Positions 63,333 through 64,000 of a stretch of 64,000 nt of DNA are shown piece after piece. The notes under the pieces were generated by a model, which saw nothing but the letters and a program-made list of their open reading frames with translations, was not told the origin of the DNA and ran no database searches. The DNA is from Octopus sinensis (taxonomy: Eukaryota), in assembly GCF_006345805.1 (NCBI RefSeq), contig NC_043006.1, positions 24,428,001 to 24,492,000 on the forward strand, read 5' to 3'. A program made the position numbers and the translations under genes. Each line of letters begins with the position of its first letter. The stretch's first letter is position 1.

Positions 63333-64000
63333 AAGAGAGCTTGTTTGTGTTTGTCTTTCAGCACTTGACAACCACCATTGGTTTGTTTATGACCAGCTTC
63401 AATAATTGAAAAAAAGTATACGAATAAATATTTTCTATTTAACTCGTCAGTCACCTTAAGTTAATGAACTTTCAACTGTATTATATAGCTATGAAAACAC
63501 CAAGAATGCATCCACCAGCCCCACCCCACCAGAAGCTTAATAGCAAAATAATGTTGAATGAAAAAGCAATTCAAATATATCCAATACTTTGGTTAATTTT
63601 TCTATAAAACAAAAAACAATGTTTTAAATTAATTCAATAACTACTGTGATTTAATTACTATTAAATTAGAATGATATAAGTGATTCTTTTGGCATTATAC
63701 AACCCTTCAGTTAAAATGTCTCAAATTCTAGATTTATTTATTCAAAAAATAATCAAAGCAATAGAACATTTAGCAGAGTAGTCAGAGAAATATAATTATG
63801 AATAAAACAGTGTCCTGAAAAGAAGTGAACACAACAGAAGTTAAGAGAAGAGAAGTAACGAGTAAACTCGCTAGTTATAGAAATGGAAGCAAATTACTAA
63901 TGAAGTGCAAGCGTAACATTGAATCCACTCTAACAAGCTCTGAAAAGTTGTATAAATAGAGAAAAACATCAAAGTGTTCTGGAAATACACTGTAGACATT

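Larger units (their letters stand above)
9242..64000 (-). other. Probable long upstream intron(s) of the Phactr gene
   Basis: The Phactr exon starts with an acceptor, so upstream exons exist. I found no other recognisable host coding sequence, only repeats. How far the transcription unit extends is inferred, not shown. Confidence 0.5.

Overview
AT-rich, repeat-dense eukaryotic DNA. The SINE families and microsatellite style match what I recall of octopus (coleoid cephalopod) genomes; the species cannot be fixed from sequence alone. The only confident host-gene feature is one 156-nt minus-strand coding exon (9086-9241) of a phosphatase-and-actin-regulator (Phactr) gene, encoding ...[29 protein letters not shown].... 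Most of the rest is probably Phactr intron, filled with decayed transposons (Ty1/copia, RTE LINE fragments, Penelope-like GIY-YIG fragments, mariner, Tc1, maT, hAT, piggyBac-type MITE), tRNA-derived SINEs and a 3.9-kb TA/CA microsatellite. The most notable signal is seven hammerhead-ribozyme (HHR) motifs from about five unrelated sequence families. They include an apparently intact type I HHR inside a 238-bp palindrome, sense to the Phactr pre-mRNA; a tRNA-headed SINE ending in a Penelope-type minimal HHR, found twice in fold-back form; and a candidate HHR whose three strands lie in reversed, non-circularly permuted order (45657-45717). There is also a recursive-splice-site-like YAG|GTAAGT that opens a 64-nt exon phase-compatible with the Phactr exon. 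All folds and alignments were done by eye; transposon boundaries are approximate unless TIRs or TSDs are quoted.
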